Source: Blastocladiella emersonii ATCC 22665 (lineage: Eukaryota > Fungi > Blastocladiomycota). From it: a stretch of 64,000 nucleotides of DNA. The translations under genes were made by a program, and so were the position numbers. Shown here one piece after another: positions 11,258 through 20,584 of this stretch. The notes below the pieces were generated by a model. That model worked only from the letters and a program-made list of their open reading frames with translations. It was not told the origin of the DNA and did not search any database. Within the stretch, counting starts at the first letter, position 1. Every line of letters starts with the position of its first letter. The DNA lies in the NCBI GenBank assembly GCA_025594325.1, contig JANHCV010000005.1, positions 434,001-498,000 of the forward strand. The letters are read 5' to 3'.

Positions 11258-13600
11258 TTACATCTCGTCTTCGGACAGCTCAACTGTGTACGGTCTGCAG
11301 TACTTGTAGATGCGAAGCTTGCGGCGATTCACGGTGCGACGCGTCACCTCGAAGAGCTCCTGCTTGTTGGCCGGGTTGACTTCGCGCTTGATGTACTCGC
11401 CGAACTTGGTCTGCGACATGGACGAGCGGCCAGGGAAGCGCTTCTCGGCGTACTTGCGGTAAAACTCGTAGAACGCGTCTGCCTCGAGCTCCTGCACGAC
11501 TTCGACCTGGCGCGTGTGGTCCAGGAGGTTGAGCGGGAAGCCGCCGTACTCCATGATGTCCATGGCCAGCGCGGGAACCGGCTCCAGTGCCGCCATGATG
11601 GCGTCGTTGCGGGCCTGGTTGCGCGGGAACTTGGACAGCGTCAGGTGCGAGAGGTCGAGGCGGAGGATGTAGGTAAAGATCTCGTCGGCGTGCTCCTTGA
11701 CAAACGCGTCGAGCTTGCCAAAGTAGTTCTCGTCCTGGCACTTGATGTTGGACATCTTGAGGACGAACTCGCGGCGACCAGTCTTGGTGAGTGGCAGCAC
11801 GTCGCAGTTGTTGGTTGCGATCATAAAGTTGTTGACGTTCTTGACCTCCTTGCGTTTCATGTACTTTTCGTTGACGATGAGCTTGTCCTCGGTGACCATG
11901 CTCTTGAGCTTGTCAAACGCGTTCTTGAGCTCGGCTGGCTTGCTGGAGGGCATCTTGTCAAACAGCACGAGCATCTTGTGGGCGATCTCCGAGTTGAACT
12001 CGCCCTGGAGCCACGTCGGCCCGTTGCTGATGGACACCGTGTTCTTGCGGCCGATAATGTACTGGGCCAGAAGGTGGTAGAACTTGCCCTTGCCCACGCC
12101 CTCGAGACCCGTCAGCAGCAGCATCACGCCATTGGCCTTGCCCGTGGTGAGCAGGCACTGGACCCACTTGAGGACATACGCGTACTCTTCCTCGTTGCCG
12201 CTGCAGACCACGTCGCGAATGTACTCGAGGTACATGGCAATTGACTCGGGCTCAATGTCGCGGCCAAGGTCCATGGCCGCAAACCCGTAGAACGCATTAA
12301 AGTAGTCGACCACGAGGCCGTTCTGGTGCGACGGCCCCCACTGCGGCTTGTGCATGTCAAAGATGAGCGCCTTGACCTGTGGAGCGTACTTGATGGCCCC
12401 CGTGCTGCACGCCTTCTTCACGTTGTCCTCGCCATTGGTGTCCCACGCGTCGGTCACGGTGCGGCGAAAGTACATCTCGCCGACCAGGTCCTTGCGGACA
12501 AACTCGCCCACGTACTTGATCACGGCCTCCTTCCACGACTGCTTGTCCTCGTCCACCTCGCGGCTGAGGTAGTGGGAGATGACCTTGCCGATCCAGTCGT
12601 CGTCGTAGTGCAGGTCACGCTCGAGCTGCACGGCAACAAACGCGGCCGGGTCCTCGCAAAAGTCGGGGAGCTTGCCCTTGTCCTTGGACTCAGGCACCGT
12701 GATCTCCTTCTTGTCCCACTCCACCTCGAAGCCCGTGTACTTGAGCGTGTTGGCGGACATCTTGGCGAGCAGCTCGGCGTTGATGCGGTCGTCCTTCTTG
12801 ACCATGAACCCGTCAAACACAAGCACGCTTGGCACAAGGTCGTTGGCGTGGGCAAAGTCAATGGCGCGCATCAGGAGGATTGACTCGACGGCCTGGAACA
12901 GGTTGGAGAGCACCGAGCCCTTGTTCATGGTCTTGTCTGCGCGAGGCTTGGACGCCTTGACGACGTGCGGAAAGTCCTTCTCAATCAGCTTGTACAGCAA
13001 GCCGTACAGCATGTGGTGGAAGGCCGCGAGCTCGGGGTGCACCGCGTCGCGGTCGACGAACTCGTTGAATAGCATCGAGAGGAACTCCTGCTTATCCCCG
13101 AGCCCCCACTTGGCCAGCGCGGCTGTGCGGTTGGCGAGGTACTGGTCAAAGACGCCGTGGCCAAGGTTGTAGTGCTGGCAGACGCCGCAGAGGATCGACG
13201 GCGCCGCGCCCTTCATGTCAAGGTCCTGGAGCACGCCCTTGGCCAGCGGGCTGCGGATGAGGTCCTTGCTGAAGCTCTGGAGCGACGGCGACGTGGCGTA
13301 GAGTTGGCCAAACTTCTTCTTGACCGAGGTCGACTGCGTGGTGAACGAGTACACAGTCTCCTTGCCATCGCCGTAGCTCGCCTTGGCCAGCGCCGCGTAG
13401 GCCTTGAGCTTCTTCTTGACCTCGGCGTCGATGCCCGAGTACCACGCGCAGAGCCCGTCGAGCACGTCCTTGTTGTAGTACTCGCGCAGCACAACCTGGC
13501 GCGAGTCCGTGAACATGGACTTGGTGTAGTCGAGGGTCTTGGCGATCTTGGTCAGCTGGGGCATGGCCGAGTAGTTACTGTTAAGCACAGAATAAAGCAT
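11258..13600 (-). CDS. TVpol-like (PolA-derived) primase fused to SF3/D5-like helicase
   Basis: N-terminal DLDMKGAAPSIL and VLVFDGFMV resemble TVpol motifs. C-terminal Walker A GLEGVGKG, Walker B region LVLFDK, motif C FMIATNN and GRREF. The real start may be the downstream ATG (MPQL) at 13564. Confidence 0.8.
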   Translation of the reverse strand: MLYSVLNSNYSAMPQLTKIAKTLDYTKSMFTDSRQVVLREYYNKDVLDGLCAWYSGIDAEVKKKLKAYAALAKASYGDGKETVYSFTTQSTSVKKKFGQLYATSPSLQSFSKDLIRSPLAKGVLQDLDMKGAAPSILCGVCQHYNLGHGVFDQYLANRTAALAKWGLGDKQEFLSMLFNEFVDRDAVHPELAAFHHMLYGLLYKLIEKDFPHVVKASKPRADKTMNKGSVLSNLFQAVESILLMRAIDFAHANDLVPSVLVFDGFMVKKDDRINAELLAKMSANTLKYTGFEVEWDKKEITVPESKDKGKLPDFCEDPAAFVAVQLERDLHYDDDWIGKVISHYLSREVDEDKQSWKEAVIKYVGEFVRKDLVGEMYFRRTVTDAWDTNGEDNVKKACSTGAIKYAPQVKALIFDMHKPQWGPSHQNGLVVDYFNAFYGFAAMDLGRDIEPESIAMYLEYIRDVVCSGNEEEYAYVLKWVQCLLTTGKANGVMLLLTGLEGVGKGKFYHLLAQYIIGRKNTVSISNGPTWLQGEFNSEIAHKMLVLFDKMPSSKPAELKNAFDKLKSMVTEDKLIVNEKYMKRKEVKNVNNFMIATNNCDVLPLTKTGRREFVLKMSNIKCQDENYFGKLDAFVKEHADEIFTYILRLDLSHLTLSKFPRNQARNDAIMAALEPVPALAMDIMEYGGFPLNLLDHTRQVEVVQELEADAFYEFYRKYAEKRFPGRSSMSQTKFGEYIKREVNPANKQELFEVTRRTVNRRKLRIYKYCRPYTVELSEDEM

Positions 13601-13728
13601 TTTACTTTGATGCGGAAAAACGCAGTCTGGGAGCAGGGGCGGGGCCGTGCTTTTGAAGCGCTGCGATTATCGCTATTGCTGCTGGCTGTGTCTGGGTACG
13701 TGTGCAGTTAGTCACTGCAAAAAGGTAT

Positions 13729-14202
13729 GGGGGTCAGGCGGGGGTCAGGCGGGGGTCAGGCGGGGGTCAGGCGGGGGTCAGGTGGGCGGTCAGGCGGGGG
13801 TCAGGCGGGGGTCAGGTGGGCGGTCAGGCGGGGGTCAGGTGGGCGGTCAGGCGGGGGTCAGGTGGGCGGTCAGGCGGGGGTCAGGCGGGGGTCAGGTCAA
13901 GGGTGCCAGGTCGGGGGGTCAGGTCAAGGGTGCCAGGTCGGGGGGTCAGGTCAAGGGCGCCAGGTCGGAGGTCAGGGTCGGAGGTCAGGGTCGGAGGTCA
14001 GGGTCGAAGGTCAGGGTCGAAGGTCAGGGTCGGAGGTCAGGGTCGGAGGTCAGGGTTGGAGGTCAGGGTCGGAGGTCAGGGTCAGAGGTCAGGGTCGGAG
14101 GTCAGGGTCGGAGGTCAGGGTCGGAGGGGGGGGGGTGCCTTGTTTGGCATGGCCCATGACTTGCCACCACCCTGACCCTGACCCTGACCCTGACCCTGAC
14201 CC
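13729..14202. repeat. G-rich nested tandem array (GGTCAG-based units of about 11, 23, 27 and 13 bp) followed by inverted (CCCTGA)5
   Basis: Units GGGGGTCAGGC, TCAGGTGGGCGGTCAGGCGGGGG, GGTCAGGTCAAGGGTGCCAGGTCGGGG and GGAGGTCAGGGTC read directly; (CCCTGA)5 at 14170-14199. Confidence 0.95.
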
Positions 14203-14284
14203 AGGCCCAGCTACCCAGAAAAAAGAACGTTGCGTTCAAACGCACTTGAGCCCATGGAGCCTTTTTGTTGACAGTCAGTAAACC

Positions 14285-15412
14285 ATGTCGCTCGAGTCTC
14301 TTGCCTCCCAGGTCGCTGTTGCCCTCGCTCAGCATGTTGCCGCAGACGTGGTGCAGCAAGTCATGGACAAGCTCCAGCCCGTATTTGGGTCTATTGACAA
14401 GCGCTTCAAGGACTTTGACGCGCGACTCAAGGCCATCGAGTCACATGACCCAGATCACGGCGCTGATCAGCAAGTCACTCCTGTGGAAGTCGACACCCCC
14501 AAGGTCAAGTTTGCCAAGCTGACCAAGGATGCCATCAAGGCATGTGTCAACGCGCCTGTGGTGGACAAGAACGGGGAGCAGGCCACGCTGAGCGACACGG
14601 ACAAGACCAAGACAACTCGCGTGCTCCTTGCATTTGCCAAGTTGGGCATGGATATCCACAACGTCGATGCCGTGTCCAAGGCCGTGGCCACGTACCGCGC
14701 GATCAAGGGGTCCAAGAACGTCCAGGGTCTGCAGGTCGAGACGCTCAAGGCCCTGGCCAAGTACTGCACCTGGAACGGGTGGACCGAACTCGGGGCCAAG
14801 TACACAGAGGCCAAGAAGCAGGACGCTGCTGACTTCCGCGACGCGCGCAAGGAACTTGAGTCTGGTGCGCTCCCAAGCCGTGACGCCATTTGCGCCGCTA
14901 TTGTTGATGCAAAGGGCTCGGGCACGGGGCTCCTGCGTCTGTACCTCCAAGTTGTGAGTGCGGTGCGCTCCGACCCTGCGTTCCTGACCACGAAGCCAAC
15001 CACTGGGTACCCGTACTACGACCCAGAGACCCAGATTCTGGCCGGCGATGTCATTGTCAAGACAGAGGGCTGTGGCTACAACTTCTCGCACACAGTTAGT
15101 GAGCCCAAGGTCGCCGCCGCTCTCAAGCGTATCCTTGCCCAGCGTCTCGCCGAAGGTCATGACTTTGTCTTCAACAACTACACCCTCGAGGAGCTCAAGG
15201 ACACCACGCTCTGCAAGAGGGTTAGCAGCACCTGGTGTACGTCGATTAGTTGGGCTGCAAAGACGGTCGGCTTTGAGGATGGCGGCGTGGCAGTGATCCG
15301 CCGTATCTCCACCAGTGAGAACTTTGCTGCGCAGCAAGCTATTGCCAAACGCGCGCACGAGATGGGTCACAGCGTCCCCATTGCGCTGACCTACTACATG
15401 ACGCCTCAGTAA
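14285..15412 (+). CDS. Tyrosine recombinase (PLV type)
   Basis: Catalytic-like residues in the expected order: R (SAVRSD), K (VKT), R (VIRRI), H and Y (MGHSVPIALTYY, Tyr at His+9). Confidence 0.75.
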   Translation: MSLESLASQVAVALAQHVAADVVQQVMDKLQPVFGSIDKRFKDFDARLKAIESHDPDHGADQQVTPVEVDTPKVKFAKLTKDAIKACVNAPVVDKNGEQATLSDTDKTKTTRVLLAFAKLGMDIHNVDAVSKAVATYRAIKGSKNVQGLQVETLKALAKYCTWNGWTELGAKYTEAKKQDAADFRDARKELESGALPSRDAICAAIVDAKGSGTGLLRLYLQVVSAVRSDPAFLTTKPTTGYPYYDPETQILAGDVIVKTEGCGYNFSHTVSEPKVAAALKRILAQRLAEGHDFVFNNYTLEELKDTTLCKRVSSTWCTSISWAAKTVGFEDGGVAVIRRISTSENFAAQQAIAKRAHEMGHSVPIALTYYMTPQ

Positions 15413-15440
15413 TCCTTTTGTCTCCGCCTTTGTTAATACA

Positions 15441-16553
15441 ATGTATGCCCACGAAGAGCCGCTCACAGACGCACAGCAAGCATTCCTGACAGACTTGTAC
15501 TACAAGCGCGGCCACGTAGGTGTTGGCATCCGTCAGCTCTTTGACATTGTGTCCAGAGAGAACACAGGGAAGCACATCTACCGCGCCCAGCTTGAGAGAT
15601 GGCTCGGCGAACAGTCTGTGTGGCAGCAGTACAAGCGCGCACCTCAGAAGCGCCGAGACATTCGAAGCATCAACTCAACAAGTCCTGGCCGCAACTTTCA
15701 GCTCGACCTCATTGACATGGGCGAAAATGGTACGTACAAGGGCTTCCGTTACATTCTTACGTGTGTCGACCTCGCGAGCAGGCGTGTGTTCCTCCAACCC
15801 ATCAAGACCAAGGACAAGACGCGGGAAGCATGGTCCAGCGTGGTCGCCAAGCACAGCCTTGCACCTGCCACGATCCAGACGGACAATGGGACCGAGTTCT
15901 TTGGCATAGAGGCCGGGACCGAGGCCAAGCACATCAAGGGCAAGGCAGGAGTGCCATACGGTCAAGGTGTTGTTGAACGCATGAACGGGACCATCCGCCG
16001 GATGCTCACACCGTGGCTGTCCATCCCGGGCAACAACGACTGGCCCAAGCACCTCGAGACCATTGAATCTGTGATCAACAGCAGCAAGTCGAGGGCCACA
16101 AGCAAGGCACCCAACGCGTTCCATGACATGCCCCGCGAAACGGCCAAGCAAGAGCTCAAGGAGATCCGAGCTGCCAAGGGCAAGCCCGAGGGCGACCCTC
16201 TGAGCGCGTTGTTGAAGGTAGGGACCCAGGTCCGAGTCTGCGAGCCGTACAAGACTGCCATGGAGGCCAAGGGGAAGCCGGTCTGGTCGACAACTGTGAG
16301 CCAGGTCCAGGTCGTGCGCAAGGGGTCGGGCGTAAGCAATCCGAGCTACAAGGTCCAAGGCCTCAAGGGCTTCTACCCTCGAAGCGATGTCCAGCCAGTC
16401 ACAGCGACCCAGGACCCGCCAACAAGGCAGCGCGTAGGTCCAGGTCTTCCAAGGCTCCCTGTTGCGCGCACCCCAGTCACGCCAAGGGAGCCCTCGACCC
16501 GGGTCAGGCGCGTCCCAGTCCGAGTCCAAGAAAAGTGGGACCGCGGGCTTTAG
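15441..16553 (+). CDS. DDE (rve) integrase of Maverick/Polinton type
   Basis: D (FQLDLIDM), D (IQTDNGTEF), E (VVERMNGTIRRML); N-terminal YYK..G...QL...WL..Q motif; C-terminal LKVGTQVRV...W...Y module. Confidence 0.92.
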   Translation: MYAHEEPLTDAQQAFLTDLYYKRGHVGVGIRQLFDIVSRENTGKHIYRAQLERWLGEQSVWQQYKRAPQKRRDIRSINSTSPGRNFQLDLIDMGENGTYKGFRYILTCVDLASRRVFLQPIKTKDKTREAWSSVVAKHSLAPATIQTDNGTEFFGIEAGTEAKHIKGKAGVPYGQGVVERMNGTIRRMLTPWLSIPGNNDWPKHLETIESVINSSKSRATSKAPNAFHDMPRETAKQELKEIRAAKGKPEGDPLSALLKVGTQVRVCEPYKTAMEAKGKPVWSTTVSQVQVVRKGSGVSNPSYKVQGLKGFYPRSDVQPVTATQDPPTRQRVGPGLPRLPVARTPVTPREPSTRVRRVPVRVQEKWDRGL

Positions 16554-18493
16554 AGCAGGGTCCAGTGGCTTTGAATGATGACCTGGCAGTCGTTGGCAAC
16601 TGCGACTGACGGGATCCAGATGAAAGAGTAGCTCTTGGCCGCGTCAAGGTACTCAATGCTCGAGAACTGAAGGAACTGGACATTGCCTTCAGCACGGCAC
16701 CCGGTGACAAGCGACACTGCAATCATGTCCGTCATATTGTACAGCGCAAAGTTCACAGTGTGGGCTCCAGGGAGCGCGCCGTTTGCGTAGTAGCCCTTTG
16801 CATGGACAAGGTAGTAGCCACTGACAGGGGGTTTGACGCATCCATTGATCACAGACGTGAACGCGCCCGCTGTGGACTGGAACGCAAAGGTGGCCGGGCC
16901 CGTTGATGCTGTGCCGCCAATGATCTTGCCGCCCGTGGTCACTCCGTTTGTAGAGCGGTGCTCGGCCTGAGCGACGTACCGGGTCGTGCCAGACCGCGAG
17001 TCAACGTACGCCTTGTTTGCCGCGTCGGTGCCTGCCACTGGAGCGAGGTCAAGGGTGAGCTGCCCTGTGAAGCGACCAGTGCCATTGACGCGGAACCTTT
17101 CTGTGCCAAGCGTCGCCGAGCCCACGACCACATTGCCGCCACCTGCCACAAGGGAGACCCCGCCCGTGGTTGCAGACGCAATCTCAATGTTACCCGCCGC
17201 TGTGCATGCCAGGTTGCTTCGCAGTACGCCTGCCTGCTTAAAGTCGACGTACGTCAATGTATTGGCAGCCGAGTCAAAGACAAGGTTCGCGCTTGTGGCA
17301 TTCCAGACCAGGACGTTGGGCACAGTCAGTTGCTTGCCAACTCCAAGACCACCAGCAATGGTGACTGCTCCAGTGCTTGATGTCAAACTGTCCGTCGTAT
17401 TTGCAAAGGCAAAGGCAGCGCCGAGTCCAAGGGTGGACTGGGGGAGCGTGCCAGTGACCGAGGCTGCGCTCACGGCCGTGACCTTGGCCGAGACGTCGGG
17501 GAGTCGTGCCAGGTCAATGGTCCCTGCAAGCTTGGCCGAGTCAATGCCAGATGCCAGCTTGGCGTTGGTCAGGGTCCCGTTGGCGATGCGGGCAGGGTCA
17601 AGGATCCCAGTGAGCTTGACCGCCGACACGTCCGCGACCTTGGCGTCTGTGACTGCGCCTGCTGCCAGGTGGGCTGTTCCAATGGACCCGACGTTGAGCT
17701 TGCCCCCATCAATGCCAGTTGCCAGCTTGGCGTTGGTCACGGCCGCGTCTGCCAGGACCAGGGAGCCGACCGTGCCCGCTGCCAGCTTGGACCCGTCGAT
17801 GCCAGCTGCCACCTTGGCGTTGGATACAGCACCGTCTGCCAGGGCTCCCGTCCCAATAGTCCCTGCAACGAGCTTGGACCCAGACACAGACGCGACCTTG
17901 GCATCTGTGACTGCCAGGTCAATGAGAGCCACTGTGCCGACTGTGCCTGCCACGAGCTTGGACCCAGACACGGACGCGACCTTGGCATCAGTCACTGAGC
18001 CGTCTGCCAGGACCGAGGTCCCAACTGTGCCTGCCACGAGCTTGGACCCAGACACGGACGCGACCTTGGCACCAGTCACTGAGCCGTCTGCCAGAACCGA
18101 GGTCCCAACGGCTGGGAGGTTGGACGCACTGAGTACGCCCACAACCTTGGACGCAGACACAGTGTCCAGCTGAGCATCAACGAGCTTGCCTGTGACCTGC
18201 CCTGCTGTAATTGTGGCGACCTTGTTGGCCGTGACGCTGGCTGGGAGCAGCTGTGCCGTGCCAACCGACTTGACATAGAGCCCTGCTGCGCCCACGCCAA
18301 GGGTCTGGTTGTTGACCTTGGCCGACACAGTGGTCCCTGAGACTGCCACGCCAGGGCCAGCAACAGGTGTGCCAACCGTGGCGTACACGGCACTGATGGC
18401 CGCGTCAACGTAGGCCTTGGACACGTCTGGGACCCCCGTGGTAGACACGGTCGGAGACGCAGTACTTGAGACGTTAAAGATATTCTTGACCAT
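16550..18493 (-). CDS. Fibre/spike-like virion protein with 28-aa repeats
   Basis: Repeats GTVGTSVLADGSVTDAKVASVSGSKLVA (84-bp DNA units at about 17870-18110) and PVAGTDAANKAYVD, a motif typical of viral tail fibres. Probable start MVKN at 18493, preceded by the element's TTAAAC motif. Confidence 0.7.
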   Translation of the reverse strand: MVKNIFNVSSTASPTVSTTGVPDVSKAYVDAAISAVYATVGTPVAGPGVAVSGTTVSAKVNNQTLGVGAAGLYVKSVGTAQLLPASVTANKVATITAGQVTGKLVDAQLDTVSASKVVGVLSASNLPAVGTSVLADGSVTGAKVASVSGSKLVAGTVGTSVLADGSVTDAKVASVSGSKLVAGTVGTVALIDLAVTDAKVASVSGSKLVAGTIGTGALADGAVSNAKVAAGIDGSKLAAGTVGSLVLADAAVTNAKLATGIDGGKLNVGSIGTAHLAAGAVTDAKVADVSAVKLTGILDPARIANGTLTNAKLASGIDSAKLAGTIDLARLPDVSAKVTAVSAASVTGTLPQSTLGLGAAFAFANTTDSLTSSTGAVTIAGGLGVGKQLTVPNVLVWNATSANLVFDSAANTLTYVDFKQAGVLRSNLACTAAGNIEIASATTGGVSLVAGGGNVVVGSATLGTERFRVNGTGRFTGQLTLDLAPVAGTDAANKAYVDSRSGTTRYVAQAEHRSTNGVTTGGKIIGGTASTGPATFAFQSTAGAFTSVINGCVKPPVSGYYLVHAKGYYANGALPGAHTVNFALYNMTDMIAVSLVTGCRAEGNVQFLQFSSIEYLDAAKSYSFIWIPSVAVANDCQVIIQSHWTLL

Positions 18494-18513
18494 GTTTAAC
18501 CTTAAGCAACAGA

Positions 18514-18765
18514 ATGATTTCCAGCGACCATGACCTGAGCCTGGACGAGTGGCGGGAGCACCTTGCCGGGACCATGCCCGTGCCAAGCAGCTGGTACAGC
18601 AAGAGCGACGAGGACAAGGCCAAGTGGCTACGGAAGCGCGACCGCAAGGCCAACCGGTACACGCACGTCGACAACGAGGCAGCGCGGGCAGAGCGGGTCA
18701 AGATCCGGATCTACAAGGCACTCAACGCCAAGCGCCGGGACCAGGGGGCAAATAGCACCGTCTGA
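18514..18765 (+). CDS. Small basic viral protein (83 aa), unknown
   Basis: Fills the gap between the fibre gene and the 571-aa gene; element-like codon usage; K/R-rich C-terminal half. Confidence 0.55.
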   Translation: MISSDHDLSLDEWREHLAGTMPVPSSWYSKSDEDKAKWLRKRDRKANRYTHVDNEAARAERVKIRIYKALNAKRRDQGANSTV

Positions 18766-18842
18766 GGGACAAAAGGCACCTGCCACGGGGAAAAAGGTAC
18801 CGACAGGGGGACGTTTTATTTTCGGTCCATACAGTAACCATC

Positions 18843-20558
18843 ATGGGCCGAAGAACAGTACCAGAACTACTCACAAGAGTGACCAAGGCAACTGACGGCC
18901 GCATCACGGCTGAGCGCCTTGCAGGGCAGAAGATCAAGGCAACCATTGATGGCCGCGAGTACACGTTCCCCAATGCCAAAGAGCTCCTCGACGTCTGGGT
19001 GCCTTACATCCTTGCCTTTGACTACAAGGTGACGCCCAAGAGCTATGCCAACGACTTTGGCCGCAAACGAGGCGACTCGCTGTTCTACCTCAAGCACCAG
19101 GACGGCGTCACTGGGTACGAGGTCAAGGACCTCCAGGAGCACGTCCAAGACACGCTTAAAGCGTGGGAAGAGCACCAGGCAACGGGCAAGGTCACTCGAG
19201 TCCCAGTCGCTCCACCAGCGGCAAGCCCCAGACCAGAGGCCCCCGAGTCGGCCACGGACAGCGACAGGGGCAGCAGCGAAGAGGAGCGCGACGAGCTGGC
19301 AGAAGAGATCTCGCGAGCCCTGGACGTCATTGACGAGGACGCTGTACCGGACCACTTGCTCCCCGTGCCCGTCCAGCCAGTCATGCCCGAGCAGTACCCG
19401 GTCGAGGCCGGCGACTATGTTGGTCAAGACATTGACGAGTACGGCGCCATGATCCCCGGCCAGTACCTGATCCAGAATGACAATGACGGCGGCAACGACC
19501 CGCCCCCAAGGCTTGACAACGGCACCCGCGACCTCGTGGTCATGCCACCAAGCTACGGCCCGGACGTGGCACAGCGGCAAGGCGTGTACAACGAGGGTCA
19601 CGTCCACCCGGCCATGGACGAGGCACGCATGATTGAGGGCTCCAAGGACTTGCAGGTCTACAACCCCGAGCGGGCGCTGACAACCACGGACGACATGGAG
19701 GTTGACGTTGTCCAGAACTTTCAACAGTTTAACCAGTTCGTGTACAACAGCTACACGCAGCAGAACACGCAGAACGTCGACATGCGGCAGTTCATCACCC
19801 AGTACGAGAACAACTACTACGAGCAGAACGTGGACATGCGGCAGCAGATCCTGGTCCGGTACAACAATGACCCAAACGTCATGGCCGCGCTCGAGCTCAT
19901 TGCCTCGCAGTTTGCCGGGTCCCAGGTCATGCAGTACCAGGCGTACCAGGCGCTCATCGAGCAGTCGGCGGCCGCTCAGGGACTGGCCATGGACGCATTT
20001 GCCAACCTCGCGTCCGGGATCGTGGACACGCTCCGAGCCAAACGCAACGACTTTGTCCGCCAGATTGACGCTGGCAACCGCGCGCTTGTGTCTGAGATTG
20101 CCACGGGCATGTCCTCTGCGCTCAGCAACCAGCAGGTGCTCATGAACCAGCTCGCAAGCGGCGTCCAGGGCGCGATCCAAGGGCAGACCCAGAGCAACGA
20201 GGCCATGACCAAGACGCTCCAAGACCTTGGGTCCAAGCTGGACACGATCCCTGCACCCCAAGTCATTGTCCAGCCTGCCGACACAAGCGGCCTCGAGGCC
20301 ATGATCAGGGAGCTGGCCGCGCAAAACAATTCTGGCGGTAGTTCTAAGAAGACCGACATGCTCCTCAAACAGATCCTCAAGCAACTGGGCTACAAGAAGC
20401 CGACCGACGCGAAGCTGTTCACAGACAAGCGGGCAGCGGGTAGCGGGCTGACAGCGCCCAAGATCCAGCGTCACCAGAAGATCCCTGAGCGGCCCGTCAA
20501 GCAGGTCTGTGAGACCCCAAGGCGCAGCGGCATTGTGCTTGACCTCGGCTGGGACTGA
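18843..20558 (+). CDS. Viral orphan protein (571 aa; acidic middle, Q/N-rich helical C-half)
   Basis: Long intronless ORF in the + strand cluster; preceded by T-rich tract and CAGTAACCATC-ATG; internal repeat QNVDMRQ twice. Confidence 0.8.
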   Translation: MGRRTVPELLTRVTKATDGRITAERLAGQKIKATIDGREYTFPNAKELLDVWVPYILAFDYKVTPKSYANDFGRKRGDSLFYLKHQDGVTGYEVKDLQEHVQDTLKAWEEHQATGKVTRVPVAPPAASPRPEAPESATDSDRGSSEEERDELAEEISRALDVIDEDAVPDHLLPVPVQPVMPEQYPVEAGDYVGQDIDEYGAMIPGQYLIQNDNDGGNDPPPRLDNGTRDLVVMPPSYGPDVAQRQGVYNEGHVHPAMDEARMIEGSKDLQVYNPERALTTTDDMEVDVVQNFQQFNQFVYNSYTQQNTQNVDMRQFITQYENNYYEQNVDMRQQILVRYNNDPNVMAALELIASQFAGSQVMQYQAYQALIEQSAAAQGLAMDAFANLASGIVDTLRAKRNDFVRQIDAGNRALVSEIATGMSSALSNQQVLMNQLASGVQGAIQGQTQSNEAMTKTLQDLGSKLDTIPAPQVIVQPADTSGLEAMIRELAAQNNSGGSSKKTDMLLKQILKQLGYKKPTDAKLFTDKRAAGSGLTAPKIQRHQKIPERPVKQVCETPRRSGIVLDLGWD

Positions 20559-20584
20559 CGCCCTTTTTTGTTGGCAGTCTTTAA

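Noticed and set aside
13729-14126. CRISPR-like array
   Set aside because: Units are contiguous with no unique spacers, no cas genes, and the context is eukaryotic.
13647-14281. Gly/Arg-rich ORFs of 157-184 aa
   Set aside because: Translations of the tandem array in stop-free frames.
16550-18586. ORF-track start of the fibre at 18586
   Set aside because: The extension overlaps the 83-aa gene; ATG 18493 has the element's TTAAAC context.
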